The notes beneath the pieces were generated by a model. That model was not told the DNA's origin, did no database searches, and saw nothing but the letters and a program-made list of their open reading frames with translations. From Cirrosporium novae-zelandiae (Eukaryota), in contig JAPETS010000003.1 of assembly GCA_026023565.1 (NCBI GenBank), positions 1,364,001-1,428,000 on the forward strand: DNA of 64,000 nucleotides, in the 5' to 3' direction. This document shows, in pieces, positions 15,223 to 27,809 of the stretch. The position numbers and the translations under genes were made by a program. Every line of letters begins with the position of its first letter. The first letter of the stretch is position 1.

Positions 15223-16752
15223 TCAGCGCTGTGAGCGTCCCAAAGTATACATCCACCCACGCTTGCTCGGACTTTGAGGGCTATCCACCAATGATTCCCC
15301 ATCCTCAATCATATCAAAGGACACACCTTTAAACTTCGATTTCCCCTTGTTAATAGAGTTTGTCCTCGCACGGTATTGTTTAACCCGCCTTCGAGTAATG
15401 AAAATCATAGCGATCAAAGTTAGTAGAGCTGTTCCTCCAATGACCCCACCGAGCACAGCGCCAATCAATCCTCTTGTGGCGAAGGTGTGATTTGGGAGCA
15501 CATACGCTTTTGGGACAGTATGAGGGCACCATGTCTTTGGAATGATATATGGGGCTTCTTGGTCGACTTGTGCTAAGTGGAAAGTGTCATCATCATAGTT
15601 CACCATCAGATACACTTCGCTCAAATATGACGCCCCGAGGACGAAGGAAGATTTGTCGTCTTTTTGTCGCTGAGCAATAGGTGATATTCCAGATATGTTT
15701 GAAACAACCTGCGAAGGTAATGATATAGTGAGTGGTCGTGTCATGTTCCTAAAACCATGCGACAAAGTGATATTCATTGTACCATTGAAAGGCTTGGTGA
15801 CTCTGAGCGATCCATCAATATTATCCGAAGGGACAGCACCGAGAGCATTTATAAATGCCTGTGTGACTTCGTATGGAAGGGACATGGGATACTGGTCCGT
15901 GGTAATTTCTGCATCGAAGCTCATTTCACCCATCCCGTCACTCAAGTCACCTAGCAAGGATAAATTATGGATAGACCCTGAAGGGTCATCCAAAATAATA
16001 TCTGAGACTGTAACTCCAAGCCCGCTGGCAAGAGAGTGATTAAGTGTGAAATTATGGACTGGCTCGATAAACCGCCCAGAATCGAAGCCACCAAAAGTGA
16101 TACTCCCATTTATGTCTCCAGTTGCTCGCTTGAAGCCAGTGCCTACGTAGAATGAATATGCGTGAGATGCACTGAGACCCATATCGAATATTCTGGTCAG
16201 TAGGGTAGAGTTAGGGCCTAGCCCGACTATCCCCGGTTCCGCCGAGCCCCCCAATATCACTTCTATAGGCATATCGGTGATCCTTGTCGATTTCGCTGGA
16301 CTCGTTTGGAAAAAGTGCGTAAATAGATCGAGACCATCGAAGCCATGGACAATATCCGACGAGGCAAATGGCGATTGCAGATCTTGAGAACGGTAGGTTT
16401 TATCTTTAGTCCAGCTATAATTCATTAGTTAGGGAGAGAAGCAACGCATGGCAAAAGTGCCTGACCTAGAGGACCGATTCATTTCATAAAACCCATTAGT
16501 ACTAATGGCGCAATCCGTGAGATTGCTATGCTGACAGAAATTTATATCGGCCACTGAAGTTTCATTCCTGCTCAGAGATGCCCATGAACTCTGATTTTGT
16601 GACGGAGTGCCAACTCCTATAAAATTCCCATATTCGAATATTTCTGTCCCATGAACCTCACGATAATGGGCATCGATATAAATGGGTTTGATTGAACAGT
16701 TAAAAGCAAGGGCTGACCCCGATAGTATAAGAAATATCGCAACTAAAGACAT
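15223..16752 (-). CDS. Membrane-anchored pepsin-like (A1, yapsin-like) protein, probably catalytically inactive
   Basis: Signal peptide, IGVGTPSQNQ, GIVGLG, YSFYVG, GSITFGGFDSGRF, FVLGASYLSEVYLMVNYD, C-terminal TM plus RRR. Intron 16415-16465. Neither D-T/S-G catalytic motif is present. Confidence 0.8.
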
Positions 16753-17962
16753 GATAACGGCAAGAATCAGAATGTTGGCTCCTAGGACGCTGCTAAAGCA
16801 TCATCTAGTAAACTAGGAAGACTCGAGAAAAGAATGGAAGGCAAGCCATGTAATACCAAAGGAAGGATCGAGTAGATTCCAAGCACCAAAGCCTAAAATC
16901 ATAGAAGGTTCAGATTTCTTGGACGGGCTCATAAGCATCTCCGCATCTGATGAGAACTGGCCGTCCAATGGTTCAATCAAATGTGAAGATTGTCCACTTA
17001 TAGTAAGCAAGGCTGGACGCGACAGCCGTAGGATAAGTATGAGGGAAAAGTAGATGGCCATCGTGTCAGCATTTGATGCAGTCGTGGCAGCCCAAGTTGC
17101 ACTGATGATGGAGTGGATGGCGTGGGCGGCAAATGACGTTGGACTCTTTTTTATTCAGCTGCTGCGAAGGTTGACAAAAATAGCCGACTGATATAGCGAT
17201 CTACACCCGAAGGATGAAAAGCGTCATGACTACTCGAGTACTTTTTCCGTGGCTAATATTAGGGCTGGCCACTTACGTGCCTACTCTAGAGTGCGGTGTT
17301 GATGGAAAGAAAGTATGAAGATAACATACTGTGCATGTGTTGGCGGAAAACTGCGGAAAGGAAGGAAGAAGGGAAAGCTAGTACTATTAAAGTAATAGTA
17401 TGCACTGCACAGACCAGAGCTACTTTGCTATATCATAAGAACCTTAAGACTTCAAGACTCGAAACAAAGGTCGATCAAACAAGATTATAGAGCATAACGT
17501 CAGCTACTGTGTGGTAATGCTCCTTGAATAGCAACGGCCGACGAGTCATGCATAATCCTCCAAAACTCCACGCTTCCAGAACCTGCGCCAGTCGCAAATG
17601 CATCAAACCTAAAAAAACACAAGTATAAAGACCAGCCTCGACATATGTGTCACCTTATAACAAATGCCCTGCCTCCATAGCACAACGATGTAGGATAAAG
17701 AGGGCCAGCCTTTGAACATATAACCCGACCATCATATTTTACCCACTGCCAGATAGCATGTTCATGCATTGCAGGGTAAAATACTAACATAAGAGAGCGC
17801 AGATAAGCGGAAATGTAATGAAGAGGTCCATGCAGTTCTTATAAGAGCTAAGAATAACATCTTATGAGCTATCAACCGGAATTATCTCTTGGCTACCATG
17901 AACTGACTGTCCCCACACTATGGCTTATTTCCCAACTCTGGTATGCATTTAGACATAACACG

Positions 17963-20060
17963 TTAAGTATCTTTGGATTCAATTAGAACCCATCTCTTAT
18001 CAGCTTCTTTCCCGCCAACACGTTCTGCAACCACTCCTAAACTATCTTTGATGACGTCTTTGGGAAGTTTGGGGAATCTGTGAAATGTAAGACTAAGTAT
18101 CACTTCCATTAGGTGCTTGACTTACACCTTCTTTAATACTTCAACCAGACCCGCCTTTGTCAAATCACTACCTTGAACGGCATTTTTGAAAGCAGGAAGC
18201 ATATCCAGAGGCACCATCCTTTTAGGAGCTTTGGGGGGCCTGTTCACAAGTTGAGGCCCTCCAAGCAGAGTTGTGGCTCCAGCCAAAGTTGTTGAGCATA
18301 ATTTATTCAAGGGAGCAGATATAGAGTGCTGTAAGCTATTAAAGGTTGTATTTGTTCCGCTAATCGAATGCATAGGCATTCTCGGGGGTTGCATAGAGTT
18401 GCCACTTTCATAGATAGGGTTAGCGGAGGTTGTTCCAGCATCAGAAGATTCCCAGTAGATGGTCGAAAATGGATCGATAGGAGGATGCGGGTTTTCTACA
18501 GTAGCAAATTGATAAGTAAACCGATATAGAAAAAGGTGTTATACGAACTTACCAAGAATGACCTCCAGCTGATAGCTATCAAGATGAAAGCCAGGAAGGG
18601 TATTGCTAGACCGGTGAGGATGTGCTCCCCGGGCGTCTTCCCAGAGAAGTCCACTGCACCAAGGTTCCAGATCTCCCGGAACAAGCCGTCTTTTTCCAAC
18701 AGCAGATCCTTCTTCTTCATCGTCAAGAAAGCCTTCCATATCTTCATCGCCTTCATCACTCATGGCATCTTCGTCTGGCTCAGACTCTAGGTCTTCGCCT
18801 TCTCCAGGTTCCTCCCATTCTGCTTCAGAGTCATAGTCGTAGTTGATGTCAGAAAGAGCTTTCTGAAACGGATTCTTGCTCAGTTTCTGTACGGTCTTAT
18901 CCGAGACCTTTTTAGAAAATGTTCCATTATAAGGCGGTCTCACGTCTTGTGAGAATTCAATGTGCTTCATAGGAATATTTTTGAGCAATTGAATGGGAGT
19001 CTTATGCTTCGGCTGCTCTAGATTTGTTAAATCGATAGGACGATCAGTAGATCCTTGCAATATCATCAAGTCTTTGACCGACCTACACCCAGGCCGTTTC
19101 CTTCTACGTGGGAGAATATGGAGAAGTTCGTAGATACTTGTCTTTCCCGGGGAGCCATCATTGGGAGGCTGGCCAATGGAGGAATCAAGCCTCTCCTGTA
19201 CATACAACGAGCCTTCACGATCACGCTCAAAGCGATTCCAAGGTGCAAGGATGGTGTGTGACTGAATGAAGAATGATGGAAAATATTTTTCATAATCAGT
19301 TTGTTTTTGTTTCTCTGGTGAAAAGCTTGGCTGAGAGACCGAGATTTGGGAGCTTGTAAAGGATTTATCAGAAATGATCTCTGAAGTCTGTGGAGTAGAT
19401 AGAGTTTTGGCAGGTGAACCAGAGCCCTTCGCAGGGGTTTTAAAGAAAGAATTCAGTCGTAGTTGGGACTACAAATATTATTATTAGTAATGTTGAAACT
19501 GATAGAAGCTAAATCAAGGCATTCCCTACTCTGTCTTTCTTATTCTTTTCCTCCTCCTTCCTCCGTTTTTCTTCTTCTTTCTGATGCCTCTCTGCATCTC
19601 TCAGGCGTTTCTTTTCTTCTCTTTCCTGATCCCTTTTCTGTTTTTCAACGTCTTTGAGTCGCTTTTCCGCTTCTTTCCGTGCCTTATCCTCCTCCCTCTG
19701 TCTCTGCTTTTGTTCTTTTTCAATGCGTCTAAGCTCTTTCTCTGCCTCTCTTTCCGCGAATGTAAGTTTCTGTTTTTTAGCTGGAGGTCCAGTGAGATTG
19801 TTGCTATGAGAAGGGTCTCCATGGAGAGAGCTTGGGCCACTCAAGGCCGGGGAAGTTTGGCGGCTACTGAGTTCACTGAGGTCGCTGGTAGTAGATAGGC
19901 TCCTACGACATTGGTCAATATTCGATTGCGACCGAGCAGCTGATAATTGCTTGTTATGCTCGCGATTGGTTAAGTCAGCGATGTTTAGCTGCTTGTGGTC
20001 ATCTGAGAAGGGACGCTTCGTTCCTGTTGGAGTAACGTTTGACACCTCAGACGAGCTCAT
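17963..20060 (-). CDS. RLF2: Chromatin assembly factor 1 large subunit (p150/Cac1/Rlf2)
   Basis: K/E/R-rich coiled coil, spliced QLRLNSFF PIP-like motif, MKHIEFSQDVRPPYNGT, NYDYDSEAEWEEPGEGEDL acidic domain, C-terminal winged-helix region ending KRWVLIESKDT*. Three introns. Confidence 0.93.
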
Positions 20061-20222
20061 GGCTGCTTCTGGTAGACCTAGAATTCCGAATAACGCTCGG
20101 AGAGGGTTTAATTATCGATTATCGGCCATGAACGTAGGTTGATATCACGACTGAATGGGGGCGTGGGGGGTTGGTGCTTCGTTTTAACTTGTAGATTCAA
20201 TCGAATTCGCCATCATCTCGAA

Positions 20223-20264
20223 ACGCGTCGCTAAATTGGTTTCGCGCCCTCTGTCATCACGTGA
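20223..20264. promoter_or_regulatory. MCB (ACGCGT), SCB-like (CGCGAAA) and E-box (TCACGTGA) cluster upstream of the CAF-1 subunit
   Basis: ACGCGT 20223-20228, TTTCGCG 20240-20246 and TCACGTGA 20257-20264, 160-200 bp upstream of an S-phase gene. Confidence 0.6.
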
Positions 20265-20708
20265 CTATACACTCCACGGTTTACACAGACACGGCGAAAT
20301 AACCCATGATACAAACCAGTCTTGGCTCACATCTCTTTCTATTTGGAGAACCCTTAGGTGACTGGTAATCCTCCTAGGCCCAATCATTATTGCCAACTAA
20401 TATTAGATCACATCTACACGATCAAGCATTTATATTTGAACATTCTTAGTTCTCTCTGGTTACTGCAACGCTTTCACATCTGAATAATAGTAAAGTTGTT
20501 AACTTGATTATATTGGTATATGAATCAATCGCGGATTATTACTTAGGTATATCCATCCATAACGTGCCCTATGCCCCAAGCCATACCCAGCTAGCAGTAG
20601 CATTAGAAAGATATATGCTGCCAGTAGTGATCTGTCGCTGGGTACCATACTCCGTATATCATGCCGTGTCTCACAAATAAAAACCCATGCGCTATACCAT
20701 AACTCCTG

Positions 20709-21730
20709 CTAATCCGAGTCAGGGTTTGCAATAAAAAGCTTGACACCACCCATAGACATTGTTCGGTCATCCACACTTCCTCTTCTCCTCAACTCGTCTG
20801 CGCTCTTGCTGTCCTTTTTCATATGCGCACTACTTGGTGCTTGCATCTTTCCAATATCTCCAAAGCTATTCTCCCTCTCCCCCATGCTTGCACTGTCTTC
20901 ATTACTAATAGATGGCGCAAAATAATCATTCTCCATTAACTGACCGTCTCTGGGTACTGGGGTTTCAGCCAATTCCGGAATATCCAGTGTAGAACTTTCA
21001 CCATTCGGAGGTGTACTAGCCTGGCTGTATCTCCCTGATGGTCGTTGGTATCCACTTGGAAATCTCTTGTGACTGCCTACTGAACTTTTTCCACTACCAC
21101 TTCTGTGATGAAAGTATTTTTCATTTGTGCTTTCTCGATCATCTTCGATATTATCATCCCCAACCTCACTTGCGCTTAGCCGCATGGGCACCCCTCCACC
21201 AGCAAGATTAGCAGGAGTGTATTTCTCGGCCTTGGGGGCTCCATGATGCCATTTTCTCCCCATGCTTATAGTGCCACTAAGCATACTCCCACTCCCTGTA
21301 CTGTTTCTTGTATTTGGATTCGATGCTCCCACAACCTCTCTTGTAGCGCGTAATTTTGCAGCCTTGTTTTGCGCCACTAATCGTGGATCTTCATGTTGGG
21401 CACGATCACACCAAACGGTAGCTTTTTGCTTGCGCATGAGGGCCACATAACCTAGTGCGGGGCTACTCGAGCGAGAGGAGCTACTGCGGCGGATTGTTAT
21501 CGAGACATTGGAGGGGCTGCGAGCTGGTCCGGGTATATTGCCAGTCCCAGCAGACGACGACGTGGAGGTTGTAGCATTTGATGGATGTCGTCGGGCTGTA
21601 CCATAAATATTGCCATAAGGAGGAGATGAAGGTATTTGATTTGGGTTTGGAGGACCTGTTGTAGGAACTATTGAAGGGAAGGTGGTGGAGGAACTTGTAC
21701 GAGTTCGACTGTGATAAGTGGCCATTTGAG

Positions 21731-21770
<40 letters not shown>

Positions 21771-21944
21771 CTGTTGCTGCTGTTGCTGCTGTTGCTGCTG
21801 TTGCGGGGTGGCGGATATTGATGAATGGTGTTGGCGGTTGGACGTGTAAGAGGTGATACCGGAGGATCCGTCAAGGGCTGGTATGGATACAGGTTGAGCT
21901 TTGCGAAGCGTTAATCCGTAGGAAAGCCCAAGATTTTCAACCAT
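20709..21944 (-). CDS. Low-complexity fungal protein with polyQ tract
   Basis: Single long ORF. First ATG at 21944 (alternative 21725). Conserved-looking blocks YVALMRKQKATVWCDRAQ, GVPMRLSASEV and C-terminal LRRRGSVDDRTMSM...LFIANPDSD*. Confidence 0.8.
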
Positions 21945-22406
21945 TATCTTGGGTTCCACCAAGTGCTTTTTGTTGTGATGAAGAATAGAATACAGATATC
22001 AATTCCCTTTTGTGGATTGACAAATGGGAATAGCTACCGAAGTCACGAGAAAATACAACAGGGAGGGGGGCGGAGGTTTTTGGGTGGAGATATTGCTTGG
22101 GTGGGTTGGGTTGCACGCAGGTCGGTAGGTCGGTCGATCGGTCGGGATATAACGACGTCACTTCAGATTAATGTACAATTTAACAATTTCAGGTAAATTA
22201 TTCGAGAGGTTCAAAGTAGAAAATAGCAAGACCAGCAAGCTTTTTAAGGTAGAAGTGATAATTTGAGTTAAATAAGATATTTTGGTATTGAAGGTGGTTT
22301 TAATCTTGGGGGCCGGATACTTTTTGTTTTTTGTCTTTTGTTTTGAGGGGTGACTTGTTTTGGTATGTGGGCGTGTTGGGGTGTGATAAGGTGGGTGTGG
22401 GTTGGG

Positions 22407-22508
22407 TGTATGTATGTATGTATGTATGTATGTATGTATGTATGTATGTATGTATGTATGTATGTATGTATGTATGTATGTATGTATGTATGTATGTATG
22501 TATGTATG
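22407..22508. repeat. (TATG)n microsatellite, about 25 units, followed by a (TG)n tract to ~22548
   Basis: Perfect tetranucleotide repeat visible in the sequence. Confidence 0.97.
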
Positions 22509-22570
22509 TGCGTCAGTGTGTATGTGTGTGTGTGTGTATGTGTGTGTGTTGTTTTGGTGGTGCTGTATGG

Positions 22571-22640
22571 TGCCTGTTGTAGTGCCCGTTGTAGTGCCTG
22601 TTGTAGTGCCTGTTGTAGTGCCTGTTGTGCCTTATTGTAG
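22571..22640. repeat. 12-bp minisatellite TGCCTGTTGTAG, 4 full and 2 degenerate copies
   Basis: Visible directly. An (AAT/AAC)n tract follows at ~22738-22779 and (GACA)n at ~22874-22893. Confidence 0.9.
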
Positions 22641-25439
22641 TGCTGTCGTGATGATAATGCCTGTGATGAATGGTTTTGGTTTCTTTGATTTCTTTGGTGG
22701 TTCTTTGAATTTCAGCTCTCATGGGATATTGACTTTCAATAATAACAATAATAATAATAACAACAATAATCATAATAACTGGTGAGTTTGGCTCCTCCCC
22801 ATGGCTTTGAGGCTTGCGTTTTTGTGACCTGGCCAGTACGAAAGGACCCTGGCGTTTTCAGATGGCCTTTGCAGACAGACAGACAGACAGACAGAACGAC
22901 AGGCAGCCAGAGCTTTTTACAGCTTTAACTTAAGTTACTTACATCAGTTGGACAAGCCTCATCTAACTAACTAACTATGAAAAGTAATAAACTGACCTGA
23001 CCTCGGGAGTGGAGCAGCTTGGAGGATTTTTTTTTGGTCTTGGTCCCCTTAGTTGTAAGCAAATGAGACTGTTGCATTTGGATCAACGGCAAACCCGGCA
23101 CTCAATGGACCAAAATGCAACGGATATAGTCTATGTCTTAAATATTCGTTTCTTGTTCATTCCGTCATTCCTTATTCGGACCTAATCGACGACGACTTTT
23201 GCGCCAGGAATAGGTAGAGAGAATGTCATCGCCGACATGACATTCATCCACACGAGTCAGCCAGCCCCCGGAGTATACTTAGCGACAATGAGGCCACACA
23301 AAGCAACAAGCTTGGAAAGCAATTGGATCCATCATCTTGATGCTTTCGTGCCTTTTACCCTTAACTCTATTGAAACTTTCAACTCCAAATTTCCAGGACT
23401 TCTCTCAACTATGTGCTATGTATACAGTACATGTACCTTTTTTTGATAATTTGATAACAAAACAGAGTTTGGTCCAAAGTTCCCCTGGGCGCTTGGATAT
23501 CCTCGTAGAATGCTAAATGCTGAATGCTGAATGCTGGATGCTGGATGCCTGAATAGCTTTCCTCTAAATGTCTCATTATCCCACCACCAATCATTATCAT
23601 ATTCAACTCGCCAGCTTCAACTATAATTCCTTCCTCCTTGACACCGCCATGTCTTATTCTGGTTCAAAGAACATTTCGAACTTTTCTTCTGCTGTAGTTC
23701 GCCGTGCGCCACTCTACCGCCCAATGTCACACCAAAAAATAAATGTCTCGCTGACCCGCCTGCAGTAATTAATGGCTTCCCACGTTTTTTTTTTTTTGGA
23801 ATTTTGTTGCTTGTGACCTGCTGGCTGGCTATAGGTGATATATGCATCACTCACTTTTTTTTATTTTGATTCCCTTGGTACCTGTCTATCATCTTGTTGG
23901 GAGCACGTACATGCTTAAGCTCGTCCTTGGCCTATATGTGATGGCCTTATATATCCCCCCCTATGACGTTTGATTCCTTGATCCTATCCTGTTTTTTCCA
24001 CTAACAGGATAAACCCCAGTCAAATAACCTATTTTTTTTTCTTTTTCCTGTCCATTTTTGCAACAAAAGCTTGGATACCCTAGCCACTTTTCTATAGTTA
24101 CACTATAGATTGATTGAGTGATAACATGCTTTTTTATCGCCCTCACATACGCACACACACACACCTGCCAGAATGTGGTCAATGAGAATACAACTTAAAA
24201 CTTGATGCCAAGTACTTTACTTTAAATGTACAAACATGCTCAATAATGACTATAGCCTAAGTCCTCGACTTCTTCCTCCAGACCTATTCAAGAATATCAG
24301 ACTAAAATTATGACAGCATACCAGAAACCTGATCAAACCCCTTCCTTCTCCTTCTCCTTCTCCCCCTAGATTTTTTCGTCACTGCCATGCAAATAATTAT
24401 TCTTTCATCAATTCACTACCAAGATTATTTCCCTTGACCCCACCAACCCAAACCACTAAACAATTTAATAACCCGTTATTTCAAGAAAAACATCAAATGA
24501 CCCTGATTAAAAAACGGAGAAAAAAATACAAAAAACAAACTTACATAACTACATACTTTCAATGCAGGCACAACTCTCGCCGGATCAGCGATCATCGCTG
24601 TACTGTACATGTGCCCAAGTATGTAAAGTGTCCTGCAGAAACGGGTCCCCATCTATCCATCCATCCATCCATCCGCCCATCCTCCTATTCCCCTAAGCAC
24701 TTAAAACCACACACAAAACAAAACCAACCACGTGATAAAAAGATGGTGGCGGCTTAGTGGCTTCTATAAGTTCTAACGTTGTTGCATTTTGATTAATTGG
24801 CGCTGAAAGTGGGATTTTATATTTGTGTTTGAGTACCTCCAGGCTGTATTCGAATTTTTGTATCCGCATTTGCAACTTTTTTTTGTTGGTTTGCTTGGTT
24901 GTTTATAAGTATCTATGTATAATGTTTATATATATATACATATATAAACCCATATCATAGTAGTCTATTAACAATAATGTATATTCTAGTTCTAGAAGAA
25001 GAAGAAAAAATATTGATGCTTCTCTTTTCCCCTCCTTTTCTTCCATTAGGGCAAATACCATTTAATTATACATACATACATAGATGTCAAAATGAAATGG
25101 ATTACATTTTATAATAAATACGTAGCATCTATTGAAAGAATTGCTCCTCTCCATATCATCATCATAATATGCTCGTAGGAAACTTATTCAAACCAACTTA
25201 GTCCTAGAGTTAGAAAGATATTTCATCCATAGCATACTTTATCTAAATATGGACTTTTCGTATTCAATATCCCCACTTCAATTCATTCCATTTCATTTCA
25301 ATAGTCGTCCTAGATATCCAGGGGGGCAGAGAGAGAGGGGGGGGGATCTTCAAGTCCAACCCTTCTAGGTTTTTTTTTTATGATCTGTCCTTCTTTGCAT
25401 ACCACCCAAACATAAACACAGCGATCGTAACAATGAGGA

Positions 25440-26223
25440 TCAAAACCTCAAACCCTCCCTCTTAACCTCTTTCTTATACCTCCTGCCTTTATCTATCATC
25501 TTCACACAATTAACCTTAACCTCCATGCCTACCAGCTCACTAACTCCCACCTTCACAACACCCTCAGCCGCATGCACTACTCCACACAATCCCCAGCCGC
25601 TATTACTGTTATCATGTGGCGTAGAAGTCGAGGCAAAAGTATGACTCTCATGCACAATAATGATGATGATGATGGAACCATATGAGATATATTTGGCAGC
25701 GGCATTGGGGTAAGTGCCGATGGTGCGGTGTTTCCACATGGCAACGGTGGTATATTTGAGTTCGAGGAAGGGGCCGAGAGTGTAGGAGGTGAAGGCAGCG
25801 GTGAGGTGAGCGGGGGTTGTAACTGTCAAGGGAGTTTCCGCTTTTTTAGCGGCGAGTGGATTCGATTTGGGGTGGCATTGGGTCTGTTGGGGAGTAGACT
25901 GGAGTGGTCAGTGTTGTGTTTGAGGTTAGCCGAGGGAGCGGATGGATACTGTATATGCAAACTGCTCCGTGAGCTGGATTGTATTTGAGCCTGACTATTA
26001 GCTATGGAGATGTTTAGATGGTGGAGAGGGGTACTAGATGCTGGCTAGTATGCGGACGATTGCCTGGCCTATGAGATAAAGCCGTACTAACGTAAATCAC
26101 ATGGTTAGTGGTTAATAGGATGCTATAGATATACCACAGAGTATATAATAGTAGAAAATTGAAGAGTCGTACGGGCTTCCCATCTAACCCGTACGGACTA
26201 GGATACTTAGATTGCTGCTCCAT
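25440..26223 (-). pseudogene. Four-exon gene model (~200 codons) interrupted by two in-frame TAG codons
   Basis: Exons 26223-26173, 26086-26035, 25990-25950 and 25898-25440 join in frame. Introns are GT-AG with ACTAAC/GCTAAT/CTGAC branch points. TAG at 26069-26071 and 26045-26047. The 5' half of the last exon has coding-like C-ending codons. Two donors (GTACCC, GTATCC) are weak. Confidence 0.45.
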
Positions 26224-27085
26224 AATACTAATTGAGTAAGCAAGACAATAAAGAAAGTTGCATCTAGCTTTTATAGCAAAGGTCCAGAGGAAATGAATAG
26301 GAAAAGAAAGAAAAATAGATGACGCCATGGTTAAGGGAACTGTTATCGTAAGACTGCATATTGTGGAGGAGCCATCTCGTCGGTAAAAGGTATGATGATA
26401 ATTCATTTTAGTGTCCGCATGTCGCCTTCAGGTTATGGCGGACATACTCGGCAAAAGGTATGGTATATGATGACAAAATGCAACATGCGGAACTTATCGA
26501 TAAGGAAGGTAATGTTACTCAGCTCTAGAGATATTCAAGACGTTAGGAGTTAAGTTGACTCTCCTATCCCTCTACTACCTTTAGGTCATCCGGATTTGAT
26601 GCTTACTCTATTTTAGTAACACCGAAATACCAAGACCTCGAGAACTCCCAGATCATTACTTGTTTTCTTTGTTTGACTAGATCAACCTATGGCATCGGTA
26701 AGGTTCCTGTTCAGATATACAAAACAGTATATAAATATAAGGAAACGCGGATAGGGGGACTGGGGGACTTTTAAACACTCAGTTTTCATCGTTGCAGATA
26801 CACAACATGAAATATCCATCCGTGACTCGAAAAGTTATCTCTCCTAACTTTTTACTCTTCTTTTTCGTCTTCCTGTTCAGACGTTGTACCATCTCCAACT
26901 TAACATGTCGGTACGTTCAAAGGAAATCCTTAGTTACCATATTGGAAGGGGAAATCTTATCGCGACCCCATTCACATATCCAACTCTGGAAATTGTGTCT
27001 CTTGCTTGTTTGTCTGTCCATGACCCTCGTTCAAGATCGGGCTAAAACTAGTTTAGCCGTTCCAGGAAATCAGGGCTCGATATGC

Positions 27086-27809
27086 TCACTTGGCCTTGCC
27101 ATTGTTATGAAACTTCTTAATCTCTTTTTCGACTGCCTTATCAAGCCTCGCCTGCAACTCTGGCCGATATCCCAATGCGAATAGTACATGCATCCACACG
27201 AAGAATGGTGCTAGGAATAGGGCCTGTACAATATTATCTAACAAAGCTGGAGCTCGTTTCTCAAACGCCCCGTGTCCTACAAATTGTGCGATCCATGCAA
27301 TGATATGAATCCCAAGCCCCCAGTATGTTGGTGTCAGGCCGTACGCTGCTGTGAGGTGATTCATCCAGGCAGAGCACGAAATAATGAGGGGAAAGACAAT
27401 AAATCCAGCTACGGGTTCCATAAGAACATAGAGTGTTGCGTAGGTGAATGCGCCAATAGTGTTGACATTAAGTGCGAGATTGGGAATAGTCAACCAGTCG
27501 GGCGTTGGCAGGATTACAGGGCTATTGGATGCCTAGGAGAATGGTCAGCTACGGGGCGACAAAACTGGAAGAAGTGGACGGACGAAGAGGAGCCCGGTTG
27601 CAAAAATCAAAGGTACACAGGTCATATGGATACCAATGTTGACCTGGAGGGGGAGCGATTAGTGAGGTTGGAGGAGAGCCATTGAAGACGAAGGACATAC
27701 TTGATTGTGATGATATTGCCCATACTAATAAAGTGTTAGCAAACGAAGATGCAAGGGCAAAGCATCATGTTCTTACAAAGAGCAATTGTTTTTCGAGGTT
27801 GAGAGCCAT
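27086..27809 (-). CDS. MPO1: Mpo1/DUF962 ER membrane dioxygenase (2-hydroxy fatty acid alpha-oxidation)
   Basis: Spliced MALNLEKQLLF|YGQYHHNQ|VNIGIHMTCVP..., WIAQFVGHGAFEKRAPALLDN, LGYRPEL. Confidence 0.92.

Noticed and set aside
22571..22640. Tandem 12-bp repeats as a CRISPR-like array
   Set aside because: No spacers, eukaryotic context and no cas genes.
22331..22785. ORFs with MYVC, VPVV and NNN repeats
   Set aside because: They are translations of microsatellites and show no coding signal.
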